Sequence record: SRR20825006_984
DNA: 32,313 nt
Strand: one strand, 5' to 3'
A program made the translations under genes and the position numbers. Shown here in pieces: positions 8,605-17,975 of the stretch (its first letter is position 1; the number at the start of each line of letters is the position of its first letter). The notes beneath the pieces were generated by a model that saw only the letters and a program-made list of their open reading frames with translations, ran no database searches and was not told the origin of the DNA.

Positions 8605-9975
8605 TTGTACACCATAATCGACATAGAAACCACGGGAAACGGAATCAAGGGCAACAAGATTACCGAGATTTCTATTTTTAAATATGATGGCGGACAGATC
8701 GTGGACGAGTTTACGTCCCTGGTCAACCCGCAAAGTCCCATTCCCTATTTTATAACAGGACTTACGGGAATCGATGATCACATGGTGCAAAATGCACCCA
8801 CTTTTCGGGAAATTGCCGATACGGTCCTAAAAATTACCGAGGGATGCATTTTTGTGGCCCACTCCGTTAATTTTGATTATGGTGTGATCAAAGAGGAGTT
8901 CCGACAAATTGGAATTGATTTTACACGAAAAAAGCTCTGCACGGTGCGTTTATCGCGCCAATTGATTCCCGGGCTACGCTCCTACAGTTTGGGGAAATTG
9001 TGTTCGGCCGTTCAAATTCCGCTGGTCGACCGCCATCGTGCCAGGGGAGATGCCCACGCCACGGTACTTTTGTTTGAAAAACTTCTAAAAAATCCCAAAG
9101 CTGAAGAGGTCTTTAAAAAATTTCTAAATGCTAGAAGTCAAGAGGCCACCCTTCCTCCACATTTGCCCAAAGCTGTTTTCGATAAAATTCCGCAGAAGCC
9201 TGGCATCTATTATTTTCTGAACCAGAAAGGGGAAATCATCTATGTGGGCAAGGCCATCAACCTAAAAAAACGGGTGTTGGGGCACTTTTATGACAAGAGC
9301 CGTAAAGAAATCCAAATGTGTGCGGAGACGGCCCATATCGATTTCAAACTATCTGGCAGCGAACTGGTCGCTCTGTTGATGGAATCTGCAGAAATAAAAA
9401 GGTTGTTCCCGCCCTACAACCGTGCACAAAAAAAACCGGGCAGGCAGTATGCCATTTTTACCTACGAGGACCGAAATGGGATTACGCACCTAGCTTATAA
9501 CAACATTAAAGGGGCCCCCAACCCATTAAAAGTGATTCATAACCAAACGCAATGCAGAGCTTACCTGGAAGAAGTATGCAAAGCTTTTTCGCTCTGCCCC
9601 CGATATTGCCATTTACAACAGACCAACGCGGCCTGTTCCCATCACGAAATAAATACCTGCCAAGGAATTTGCCGGGGAGAGGAAGCGGTGTACGACTACA
9701 ACCACAAAGTGGAGGCAGCGATTGCACATATGAAACTATTGACTTCCGAAATACGGATCATCAAAGAAAAAGGAAGGGATGCAAACGAAAATGCCGTGAT
9801 ATTAATCGTGGACGGCATTTATAAGGGCTTTGGCTTTATCGACACCGATATTCAAATATCAACCCTAGAAGATGTGGAAGCCTTTATCACCCCACAAAAA
9901 CATACGGTGGAAACGGAGAGTATTCTCACCCAATACTTGTTAAAACAGGACAAGAGCCAAATGTTGGCCCAATAG
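8605..9975 (+). CDS. DnaQ-like DEDDh 3'-5' exonuclease fused to a UvrC-type GIY-YIG endonuclease and Cys-rich region
   Basis: Exo motifs IIDIETTG, FVAHSVNFD, HRARGDA; GIY-YIG PGIYYF..IIYVGKAINLKKRV; EIKRLFPPYN; Cys cluster CPRYC..C..CQGIC. Probable TTG start at 8605 (ORF track gives GTG 8587). Confidence 0.88.
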   Translation: MYTIIDIETTGNGIKGNKITEISIFKYDGGQIVDEFTSLVNPQSPIPYFITGLTGIDDHMVQNAPTFREIADTVLKITEGCIFVAHSVNFDYGVIKEEFRQIGIDFTRKKLCTVRLSRQLIPGLRSYSLGKLCSAVQIPLVDRHRARGDAHATVLLFEKLLKNPKAEEVFKKFLNARSQEATLPPHLPKAVFDKIPQKPGIYYFLNQKGEIIYVGKAINLKKRVLGHFYDKSRKEIQMCAETAHIDFKLSGSELVALLMESAEIKRLFPPYNRAQKKPGRQYAIFTYEDRNGITHLAYNNIKGAPNPLKVIHNQTQCRAYLEEVCKAFSLCPRYCHLQQTNAACSHHEINTCQGICRGEEAVYDYNHKVEAAIAHMKLLTSEIRIIKEKGRDANENAVILIVDGIYKGFGFIDTDIQISTLEDVEAFITPQKHTVETESILTQYLLKQDKSQMLAQ

Positions 9976-9987
9976 ATCGAAGTAAAG

Positions 9988-10764
9988 CTATGCTTTTGGT
10001 TTCAGAACAACTTTAAATTCAGCCGTGTCATCCAGTTTTTGAAATCCTTGATGCAGTTCGGTCTGATCCACGGCATAGGGATAAAATGATATGGGTTCAA
10101 TGCAGACCATATTCCGAACTTCGGTCCAGCACATAAAATTTCCAAAACCTTCGGTCTCAATGGTGATTTGTTTCTCATCTTTTAGTGTGATGGAACTGCA
10201 ATCCTCCACGGGAAGCGCTCGATTCCCAACAGCCAAAACCGCTTCCAAAGAAATTTCTTTATCCTTCGCGATAATGACCGGTGATTCTGAATGTAGTTTG
10301 AAAGCTGGATGATATCCCAACATAAAGGGCATCCCCTGTTCTCCCGAAATTTTGAAATGAATTTCGAGGCCCTCATCGGTCAACAAAAAAGATTTCTCGA
10401 ACCTAAAATCGTAGGGCCAAGACAAAACGGCTTCAGTTGATTTTTCGGGGAACTTTGAATTGGAAACCTCGGTGCCCGATTGATATTGCTTTGCAAAAAC
10501 GGCAGAAGTAGCAGTTTGCTGCTCCAAGTCGTACTCCATTTGACGCAAAAGCCCGTGTTGATCTTGTATCGCTTCACCTTTAGGTGTTTTTACCCGAAAA
10601 TTGGCCTCGTTAACGGGACCGATGATGGGAAACATTTCCGTATCCACACTACCCCATCCAGGGCTTCCCTTTTGGTGGATAAATTGATGCCCATTTACTT
10701 CATAACCTACCAACTCTCCTTTATCAATTTTTACGAAAGTGTTATTTGTGCTGAGTGTAACCAT
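9988..10764 (-). CDS. Aldose 1-epimerase / galactose mutarotase-like protein
   Basis: MFPIIG, QHGLLR, GYHPAF and VCIEP motifs. Start shares base 10764 with the M20 gene stop (TAATG coupling). Confidence 0.8.
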   Translation of the reverse strand: MVTLSTNNTFVKIDKGELVGYEVNGHQFIHQKGSPGWGSVDTEMFPIIGPVNEANFRVKTPKGEAIQDQHGLLRQMEYDLEQQTATSAVFAKQYQSGTEVSNSKFPEKSTEAVLSWPYDFRFEKSFLLTDEGLEIHFKISGEQGMPFMLGYHPAFKLHSESPVIIAKDKEISLEAVLAVGNRALPVEDCSSITLKDEKQITIETEGFGNFMCWTEVRNMVCIEPISFYPYAVDQTELHQGFQKLDDTAEFKVVLKPKA

Positions 10765-12062
10765 TATTTGGTGTTTATCAATCGGTAGATGAGAATAGCT
10801 GTACGTTTGGTCAAGGCTTCAATAGTGTTCAGGTTAACGGTTTCTTGAGGGGTATGCGCATTGTTGCCCATGGTTCCAAGCCCGTCCAGTCCATCCACGT
10901 ACTCTGCAACGAACGAAACATCGGCCGCTCCCCTTCTCCCTGGGTCGTAGGCCAAGACTTCGCCTTGTTTTAAATCTAAACTCACCTCGTTCAGGGTTTC
11001 GAGCAAGGCTAGATTGCCTTCTGTGGGCTGCATGGCAGGATAACTATCCGTAAAACTAATGCTGGCCGAGGTTTGCGGTAGGTTATTGGCAACGATCTCC
11101 CTCATTTTTTCCCTGGCACGCTCCTTTTGCTCTTCGGATATAAATCGAAGCCCTCCTTTTACCACGGCTTTTTGCGCGACCACGTTGGTTTTTCCAAAGG
11201 CATCGCCCTTGCTGGTCAATTCATCATAATTTACGAAGGTGCCCCCAAGCAAAACACCAGGGTTGAAGGTCAATAAGTCTTCACCTTTGACATCGGTATA
11301 AAATTGATGAAGGATTCGTGACATTTCAAAAATGGCGCCAGCACCTGTGCCTTCACTAAAAATACCAGAGGAATGGGCACGTTTTCCCTCTACCTCAATC
11401 GACCAACCGGAGGCACCTCTTCTGGCCACCGTAGCATAGTTAAATCCTGTAGAAGTTTCAAAACCAAGGGCAATATCGCTTCGTTTCGCCGCATCGATCA
11501 GATCTTTTCTACTTATGGACAAAGGTTTTCCCGTACTTTCTTCATCCCCTGTAAATGCTACAATAATCTGGGCATCATCCAGCAGACCGTTATCGGACAA
11601 TGCTTTTAAGGCATACAGCACAATAACATCGCCGCCTTTCATATCGTTGCCGCCCGGAGCATGGGCAATGCTGTCGTTTACCATTTCAAAAGTTTGAAAT
11701 GGACTATCTTCTTCAAAAACAGTGTCCAAATGCCCGATCAGCAATAGTTTTTTTCCTTTGGTTCCCGTGGTTTCGGCAAAAAGGTGCCCTGCACGGTTCA
11801 TTTCGGAGGGCATTTCTATCCATTGGGTCTCAAACCCTATATTGTCAAAGGCGTCCTTAAAAACCATGCCCACTTTTTTCACGCCTTCGGCATTAAGGGT
11901 GCCACTGTTAATGTTCACTACCTTTTCCAAAAAATCTATGGCTTCGGCATTGTTCCGTTCTATGGTAGAGACAATCTTTTTTTCTGTTCGGGAAAGTTTT
12001 TGCGCGGAAACAGAAGCAACAAAAAGCAATGCAATAAGGGTAGAGGTAAATTGAATTTTCAT
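10764..12062 (-). CDS. Exported M20/M25/M40-family metallopeptidase (carboxypeptidase G2-like)
   Basis: Signal peptide ending VSA-Q; LIGHLDTVF, DMKGG, GDEE, GFE and AHTPQE metal and catalytic motifs. Confidence 0.9.
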   Translation of the reverse strand: MKIQFTSTLIALLFVASVSAQKLSRTEKKIVSTIERNNAEAIDFLEKVVNINSGTLNAEGVKKVGMVFKDAFDNIGFETQWIEMPSEMNRAGHLFAETTGTKGKKLLLIGHLDTVFEEDSPFQTFEMVNDSIAHAPGGNDMKGGDVIVLYALKALSDNGLLDDAQIIVAFTGDEESTGKPLSISRKDLIDAAKRSDIALGFETSTGFNYATVARRGASGWSIEVEGKRAHSSGIFSEGTGAGAIFEMSRILHQFYTDVKGEDLLTFNPGVLLGGTFVNYDELTSKGDAFGKTNVVAQKAVVKGGLRFISEEQKERAREKMREIVANNLPQTSASISFTDSYPAMQPTEGNLALLETLNEVSLDLKQGEVLAYDPGRRGAADVSFVAEYVDGLDGLGTMGNNAHTPQETVNLNTIEALTKRTAILIYRLINTK

Positions 12063-12127
12063 GGTGGGTTATTTTGATGGACAAGTTATCAATTTAGAAT
12101 GATAAACACCAAGTTGGGCAACATCTT

Positions 12128-13369
12128 CTACTCGAACCGGATGGCCTTTACGGGTGTTATCCTTGTGATGATATACGATGGAATCAAAAGCATCAACAAA
12201 CAAAGCAACATCACCCCGACATTCAGCAATAGCACAGTGGGCGCATCCATATGCACTGGGATATAATCAATATAATATTCCTCGGGATTCGGGAACTTGA
12301 ACATTCGAAATTTGTTCTGAAGGAAAATGACCCCGAGACCGATCAGGTTGCCCCAAAAAAGTCCGATAGCAATCAAATAGGCCGCGTTGTACAAAAATAC
12401 TTTTCGGATGCTCCAATTGGCGGAACCCAGGGCTTTCAAAATGCCGATCATTTGGGTACGTTCCAAAATCAGGACCAGCAAAGCCGTGATCATATTGATC
12501 CCTCCAACAATAATCATAATGCCGATGATCAGGGCAATATTAAAATCAAACAGACCGATCCATTCAAAAATGCGGAAGTATTTGCTTTTGATGTTTTGCG
12601 TGTCTAAAACGGAGAGCGTATTATTATAGATCTCGTTCGTCTTTTCATCGATTTGATCAAAATCGTCCAAAAACACCTCAAAGTTCCCGATTTCATCCTC
12701 CTCCCATCGGTTCATCAACTGAATATGGCGGATATCCACAAAAACATAGGTTTCGTCAAACTCCTCAAAACCGCTATCATAAATACCCACGATTTCAAAC
12801 CTGCGGTTGTTCGGTGGCTTGGACGCATCCCCTTCTCTAAGAAAAAAGGAAAAGAAGCTATCGCCGACTTTCAACTGCAACCTATTGGCCATTAAACTGG
12901 ATATGAGCACCTCTTCATTGAGATCTCCGCTATAATTTGGCAATCGACCGTCGACCAGATATTCCTCAAATGTGTTCCAATCGTAGTCGGAGCCCACGCC
13001 CTTGGCCAACATTCCTTCGAACGTATCGGCAGTTCGTATAATTCCACCTTTGGTGGCCACAGCCTGCACATGCCTTACGCCTGTTACGTTCTTGAATTCG
13101 GGATAAAAATCCTGATCAATGGAAACAGGTGAAAGGGAAACCTCGGAATTGTTATTGTCGAAACTGGAAATCTGAATATGCCCGTTAAAGGCGGCAACCT
13201 TTTCGCGAATCTTGTTTTTAAGACCAATGCCCGTAGCAATGGCAATGAGCATCATCACCACCCCGATCGCAATGGCGGCAATGGCGATTTTTATTATCGG
13301 GGCGGAAATACTAATTTTATGTTCCTTCCCTGTAACAAGGCGTTTGGCAATAAATAATTCTAAATTCAA
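12128..13369 (-). CDS. ABC transporter permease, LolC/LolE (FtsX/MacB-like) lipoprotein-release type
   Basis: N-terminal TM, large periplasmic loop, then LILERTQMIGILKALG and three further TMs ending RITPVKAIRFE. TTG start. Confidence 0.88.
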   Translation of the reverse strand: MNLELFIAKRLVTGKEHKISISAPIIKIAIAAIAIGVVMMLIAIATGIGLKNKIREKVAAFNGHIQISSFDNNNSEVSLSPVSIDQDFYPEFKNVTGVRHVQAVATKGGIIRTADTFEGMLAKGVGSDYDWNTFEEYLVDGRLPNYSGDLNEEVLISSLMANRLQLKVGDSFFSFFLREGDASKPPNNRRFEIVGIYDSGFEEFDETYVFVDIRHIQLMNRWEEDEIGNFEVFLDDFDQIDEKTNEIYNNTLSVLDTQNIKSKYFRIFEWIGLFDFNIALIIGIMIIVGGINMITALLVLILERTQMIGILKALGSANWSIRKVFLYNAAYLIAIGLFWGNLIGLGVIFLQNKFRMFKFPNPEEYYIDYIPVHMDAPTVLLLNVGVMLLCLLMLLIPSYIITRITPVKAIRFE

Positions 13370-13372
13370 CGA

Positions 13373-14596
13373 ATGCCCATTTTATATCGTTTCAAAAGTA
13401 CAGTTTTATTGTTGTTTTTAATAGGTTCCTCGTGCAAGGGACAGCAAAAAGAAACAATTTCAAATTCAGAACCTTCAAGTGAAGTGCCGGCTCCCATAAA
13501 AGTGGCGGCCAACCGAACCGAGGCGTATCTCCCGCTTTTACAAGGGAAAAAAGTAGGTGTGGTCGCCAATCCAACCAGTGTAATCTTCAAGGAACAAGAG
13601 AACACCCATTTGGTGGATTCTTTGCTATCCTTAGGGGTTCATATTAAACAAGTCTTTGCCCCCGAGCACGGGTTTCGGGGCACTGCTGATGCCGGAGAAC
13701 ATGTAAAAGATGGGGTTGATACCCAAACGGGATTGCCCATTATCTCGCTGTATGGAAAAAACAGGAAACCATCAAAAGAACAACTGAGCGATTTGGACGT
13801 GGTTGTTTTTGATATTCAAGATGTGGGCGTGCGGTTCTATACGTTTATTGCTTCCCTGCAATTGGTGATGGAAGCCTGTGCCGAAAATGACGTTCCCGTT
13901 ATTGTTTTGGACCGCCCCAATCCCAACGGACATTATGTGGACGGCCCCACCATGATGGAGGAACACACCAGCTACTTGGGTCTGAACACGATTCCTTTGG
14001 TGTATGGGATGACGATGGGCGAATACGCAAAAATGCTGAATAGCGAAGGATGGCTGGAAAATGGCAGCAAAGCTGATTTGACCGTGATTGAACTGGAGAA
14101 CTACACCCACGAATCGGAATACCACCTGCCCATACGGCCTTCTCCGAACTTACCCAACGATACTTCGATTACTTTGTATCCCAGTTTGGGATTGTTTGAG
14201 GGCACCAACGTCAATGCGGGGCGTGGCACCGAATTCCAGTTTCAGCGCTACGGGGCATCTTTTATGGACAGCACTGCCTACGATTTCAGTTATGTGCCCG
14301 AGCCCAATTTCGGCTCCAAATACCCCAAAGAGGAAGGCAAAACCTGTTACGGTCGTGACCTGGCCGATACGCCAAGGATGAACGAGATGACCATGCAATG
14401 GATCATTGATGCCTACAACAACACCTTGGAGAAGTCCAACTTCTTTTTGACCGACGGTTTTACCAAACACGCGGGCACGCCCCTGCTTCAAAAACAGATT
14501 GAGGAAGGACTCTCCAACGAAGAAATCAAGGCCACCTGGCAGGAGGATTTGGAAGGCTTCAAAAAAATCAGGGCGAAGTATTTGATCTATGATTAA
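13373..14596 (+). CDS. namZ: Exo-beta-N-acetylmuramidase NamZ (DUF1343/YbbC family), lipoprotein
   Basis: Lipobox GSSC; FAPEHGFRG, FDIQDVGVRFYT, LDRPNP, PSPNLPN and GRGT motifs. Confidence 0.88.
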   Translation: MPILYRFKSTVLLLFLIGSSCKGQQKETISNSEPSSEVPAPIKVAANRTEAYLPLLQGKKVGVVANPTSVIFKEQENTHLVDSLLSLGVHIKQVFAPEHGFRGTADAGEHVKDGVDTQTGLPIISLYGKNRKPSKEQLSDLDVVVFDIQDVGVRFYTFIASLQLVMEACAENDVPVIVLDRPNPNGHYVDGPTMMEEHTSYLGLNTIPLVYGMTMGEYAKMLNSEGWLENGSKADLTVIELENYTHESEYHLPIRPSPNLPNDTSITLYPSLGLFEGTNVNAGRGTEFQFQRYGASFMDSTAYDFSYVPEPNFGSKYPKEEGKTCYGRDLADTPRMNEMTMQWIIDAYNNTLEKSNFFLTDGFTKHAGTPLLQKQIEEGLSNEEIKATWQEDLEGFKKIRAKYLIYD

Positions 14597-14973
14597 TTCT
14601 CAGAATTCCGATGGAGATAAATTAAATTTCCCATCAGCTTTTCCTCCTTCAAGACAAGTTCATCGAGGGTAAGTTTTTTAATCGTATAAATAAAATGAGA
14701 GATCCGAAGTGTATCCTTTTTGAGTGAATAAACAGTATCCAATTCTTCAATCCAATTAATACGTTTAACTTTGCTATTGTCATAAAAGACCAAATCAAGT
14801 TTGACTTTAAACGGTTCACCACTAAACGTAATTGAGCTTCCATCATCCCCTTCTAGAGTTGTTTCTTTATAAGCTGTCCAAGCTCCCATTATGTCTTCCT
14901 TATTATATTTCTGACTTAAACCTTCATAAGAAAAACAAATAGTAACAATAATAAAGAGGACAATCCTTCTCAT
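14593..14973 (-). CDS. Small exported hypothetical protein, lipocalin-like
   Basis: Signal peptide MRRIVLF..GLS-Q, IMGAW (GxW motif), YTIKKLTLDELVL. AT-rich; stop overlaps the namZ stop. Start moved to ATG 14973. Confidence 0.65.
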   Translation of the reverse strand: MRRIVLFIIVTICFSYEGLSQKYNKEDIMGAWTAYKETTLEGDDGSSITFSGEPFKVKLDLVFYDNSKVKRINWIEELDTVYSLKKDTLRISHFIYTIKKLTLDELVLKEEKLMGNLIYLHRNSEN

Positions 14974-14986
14974 ATTAACGAATACT

Positions 14987-15829
14987 TTATTTTTTGGCAA
15001 ATCCATCTGTAGTTGATCTTCGATACTTATGGAAAGGTTGTCTTAGCAGTCCTTTGATGCTCGCATTCTCCTTTTCGTCGGGGAAGGTATCCACACCGTA
15101 CACGATATCCTTGGGGTCCATGGACATATAGGTGCCGAACAAACGGTCCCAAATGGAGAAGATATTTCCGTAGTTGGAATCGGTATAGGGCAATTGATAA
15201 TGATGGTGCACTTTGTGCATATCGGGGCTAACAATAATCCAGCTCATGGCATTATCCACCTTTTTGGGCAAGCGAATATTCGCATGGTTGAACTGTGAAA
15301 ACACGACCGACAAGCTTTGATACAACATAATGATGCCAATGGGTGCTCCAACAATCAGCACGCCCGCAAGGGTAAACGCATATCTTATCAAACTTTCCAA
15401 GGGATGGTGACGGTTCGCCGTAGTGGTGTCCACATTATGATCGGAATGATGTACCAAATGTACCATCCACAGAGGCTTTATCTTATGCTCCACCCAATGC
15501 GCTGCGTAGGCCCCGATAAGGTCCAAGAGCATCACACCGAGGAGCACATAAAGCCACAACGGCATATCGGGCAACCAATTAATGATCCCAAATTGGTTTT
15601 CCACCGCCCAGTCCGAAGACTTCAACAACAAAAACGCCAACGGAAAATTCACAATAATCGTGGTGAGCGTAAAAAAGAAATTGGGAACCGAGTGCCTCCA
15701 TTTTTTATAGGGCACGTTGAACAAGGGAACAATTCCTTCCAAAACCCAGAAAAAAGTGATGCCTCCCACCAAAATCAAGCTTCGGTGCAAAGAAGGGATG
15801 GTCTCAAAATAAGAAATCAGTTGCTCCAT
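14987..15829 (-). CDS. Sterol desaturase / fatty-acid hydroxylase family membrane protein
   Basis: His boxes HWVEH, HLVHHS, RHHP, FNHAN, HKVHHH, plus NYGNIFSIWDRLFGT and TM segments. Confidence 0.92.
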   Translation of the reverse strand: MEQLISYFETIPSLHRSLILVGGITFFWVLEGIVPLFNVPYKKWRHSVPNFFFTLTTIIVNFPLAFLLLKSSDWAVENQFGIINWLPDMPLWLYVLLGVMLLDLIGAYAAHWVEHKIKPLWMVHLVHHSDHNVDTTTANRHHPLESLIRYAFTLAGVLIVGAPIGIIMLYQSLSVVFSQFNHANIRLPKKVDNAMSWIIVSPDMHKVHHHYQLPYTDSNYGNIFSIWDRLFGTYMSMDPKDIVYGVDTFPDEKENASIKGLLRQPFHKYRRSTTDGFAKK

Positions 15830-15850
15830 TCCTTCAAATATAGCAAATCA

Positions 15851-16345
15851 TTAAAATTTGATGGCCTTTTTCATTTCTTCAACAATGTTAAAAGCTGCCG
15901 GGCAAATGGCTACATTTTTTAAAGTGAGGTTGGAAATCTGTTGGAATTTTTTTCGGTCCGTATGCGGGAACTCGCGACAAGCTTTGGGGCGTACGTCATA
16001 AATGGAACAGTAATTATCAGCGCCCAAAAAGGTACAGGGTACGCTTTGCAGCACATAATCGTTCTCTTCATCTACCCTTAAAAATTGATCAATAAATTGC
16101 GAGGGTTTTATCCTAAAGTGTTTGGCGATACGTTCAACATCGGCATTGGTGAACAACGGGCCCGTGGTCTTGCAGCAATTGGCACAGGTAAGGCAATCGG
16201 TACGCTCAAACTCGGCCTCGTGCAATTCCTGCATGGTGTAATCCAAATCCTTTGGCGGACGTTTTTTCAGCTTGGCGAAGAACTTTTTGTTCTCGGAATG
16301 TTTCTCCCTGGCCTTTTGCGGTAATTCCTTCAACACTTCTTCCAT
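15851..16345 (-). CDS. YkgJ-family cysteine-cluster protein (CxxCxxCC)
   Basis: CLTCANCCK..CTFL..CSIYDVRPKACREFP. Start moved to ATG 16345. Confidence 0.9.
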   Translation of the reverse strand: MEEVLKELPQKAREKHSENKKFFAKLKKRPPKDLDYTMQELHEAEFERTDCLTCANCCKTTGPLFTNADVERIAKHFRIKPSQFIDQFLRVDEENDYVLQSVPCTFLGADNYCSIYDVRPKACREFPHTDRKKFQQISNLTLKNVAICPAAFNIVEEMKKAIKF

Positions 16346-16418
16346 AGGGCACAAACTTATCCATTTTAAACCTTTCTAAGCAATTAAAGTCCCACCTTTG
16401 CAGAAACAAACCCGAATC

Positions 16419-17126
16419 ATGATAGATGTTTTTGGAATGGCCTTGAAAGATTATCAAAACGGCCAATATACGGAGGACATAAAAACCTTTTCATCTTTGG
16501 ACGAAGAAGATGTGATTCCTGTTCCCTATTTGTTCCGAACGTTTGATGAAATGCCCAAGATTGAGCAGAAAGCCTTGGAATTGGCACGGGGAAACGTATT
16601 GGATATCGGGGCCGGGGCCGGAAGCCATTCCCTTTACCTTCAAAATAAGGGACTTAAGGTAACGGCCTTGGACAATTCTGAAGGCGCCATTTCCGTATGC
16701 AAGGCTCGCGGTGTGGAATCAACCGTAAAAAACTCAATTCTGAACTACTCGGAGGAAAATTTTGACACTTTACTATTGTTGATGAACGGTGTTGGACTGG
16801 CAGGAAAACTGAAAAATTTAAGTGCCTTTTTACAACATTTGGCGTCCTTATTGCAACCCAATGGTCAAATATTGCTCGATTCCAGTGATATCGTGTATAT
16901 GTTTGAACAGGATGATGATGGCGGCTACTGGATTCCGGATGATGGAAGCTATTATGGTGAGGTTGAATTTGAAATGGAATACAAAGGACATAAAAGCAAA
17001 CCTTTTGATTGGGTTTACGTAGATATAAATACATTGCAAAATGCTTGTGAGTCGAACGGTCTTAATTGTGAACTTATACTATCGGGCGAACATTACGACT
17101 ATTTGGCCAAACTCACTTTAAAATAA
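16419..17126 (+). CDS. Class I SAM-dependent methyltransferase
   Basis: VLDIGAGAGSH motif I and FDTLLLLMNG. Start moved to ATG 16419. Confidence 0.88.
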   Translation: MIDVFGMALKDYQNGQYTEDIKTFSSLDEEDVIPVPYLFRTFDEMPKIEQKALELARGNVLDIGAGAGSHSLYLQNKGLKVTALDNSEGAISVCKARGVESTVKNSILNYSEENFDTLLLLMNGVGLAGKLKNLSAFLQHLASLLQPNGQILLDSSDIVYMFEQDDDGGYWIPDDGSYYGEVEFEMEYKGHKSKPFDWVYVDINTLQNACESNGLNCELILSGEHYDYLAKLTLK

Positions 17127-17170
17127 TACTAGTTTCCAATATGGAACGTTCTATTGTATATTAGTTGATC

Positions 17171-17968
17171 ATGAAAAAAATTGTCCTTTTTGCCCTTTGT
17201 AGTTTTGGATTACTGATAAGTTGTTCCAAGGATGCCGATGTTTCATCACCAGAATCCAACACCAACCTTATGGCCGGAAATCGCTTGACCACAGGTGCAT
17301 CCGCAAGGGATTTTCTCTCCAATGATACTTTTGACAGACTCTTGATAGAAATAGATTATGTGACCGGTTTTGCCCCTACTGCCGGAGCCATAGCCAATTT
17401 TGAGGAGTTTTTAAGAGCGCGTACCCACAAAGAAATTATTGAATTTACATATTCTGCTGTTTCCTCTCCCAACGAGGATAGTTTATCGCTTGATGAGGTA
17501 GTGGAATTGGAAAAGGAGAACAGAGATGAATATAATAACGGCTCAACCTTGGCTATTCACATATATTTTGCTGATGCTCCGGCAGAAAGCGACGATGAAA
17601 GCGAAGGGTTGGTGACCTTGGGAGCGGTGTACAGAAACACCTCCATGGTTATTTATGAATCCACCATTAAAGATATGGCCGGAAGTAGCACTGCCGTAAG
17701 CACCGAAGAGGTTGAAACGGCTACCATTCTTCATGAATTTGGGCATTTGTTCGGATTGGTGAACCTTTCCACAGAATCGGTAAACGACCATGAGGACACA
17801 GAAACTGAAAACCATTGTAATGTTGATGGCTGTTTAATGCGTGCCGAATTGCAGTTCGGTGCATCTTTGCTCAAACAGATGGAAAAAAATACATCCAAAG
17901 GACTGGCCTCGATTCCAGATTTGGATGCTGAGTGCCTTTTGGACCTTCAAAAATACGGGGGACGATAA
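17171..17968 (+). CDS. Surface lipoprotein, zincin-type metalloprotease
   Basis: Lipobox LISC followed by SKDAD; HEFGHLFGL zinc-binding motif followed by HC..GCLM. Confidence 0.78.
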   Translation: MKKIVLFALCSFGLLISCSKDADVSSPESNTNLMAGNRLTTGASARDFLSNDTFDRLLIEIDYVTGFAPTAGAIANFEEFLRARTHKEIIEFTYSAVSSPNEDSLSLDEVVELEKENRDEYNNGSTLAIHIYFADAPAESDDESEGLVTLGAVYRNTSMVIYESTIKDMAGSSTAVSTEEVETATILHEFGHLFGLVNLSTESVNDHEDTETENHCNVDGCLMRAELQFGASLLKQMEKNTSKGLASIPDLDAECLLDLQKYGGR

Positions 17969-17975
17969 CTTCCGT

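Noticed and set aside
8605-9975. GIY-YIG protein as a homing endonuclease or mobile element
   Set aside because: It is a UvrC-type domain fused to DnaQ, with no intron, intein or terminal repeats.
2568-14986. Exact 14-bp repeat TATTAACGAATACT at 2568-2581 and 14973-14986
   Set aside because: A few 14-mer matches are expected by chance in 32 kb of AT-rich DNA, and the contexts are unrelated.
15317-15922. Long antisense or shadow ORFs (e.g. 15317-15922 +, 1348-1854 +, 18671-19117 +, 29682-30230 -)
   Set aside because: They lie opposite well-supported genes and show no recognisable motifs.
17142-17158. Sigma-54 promoter TGGAACG..TTGTA before the zincin lipoprotein
   Set aside because: The spacing is one base off the strict -24/-12 geometry and the -12 GC is absent.
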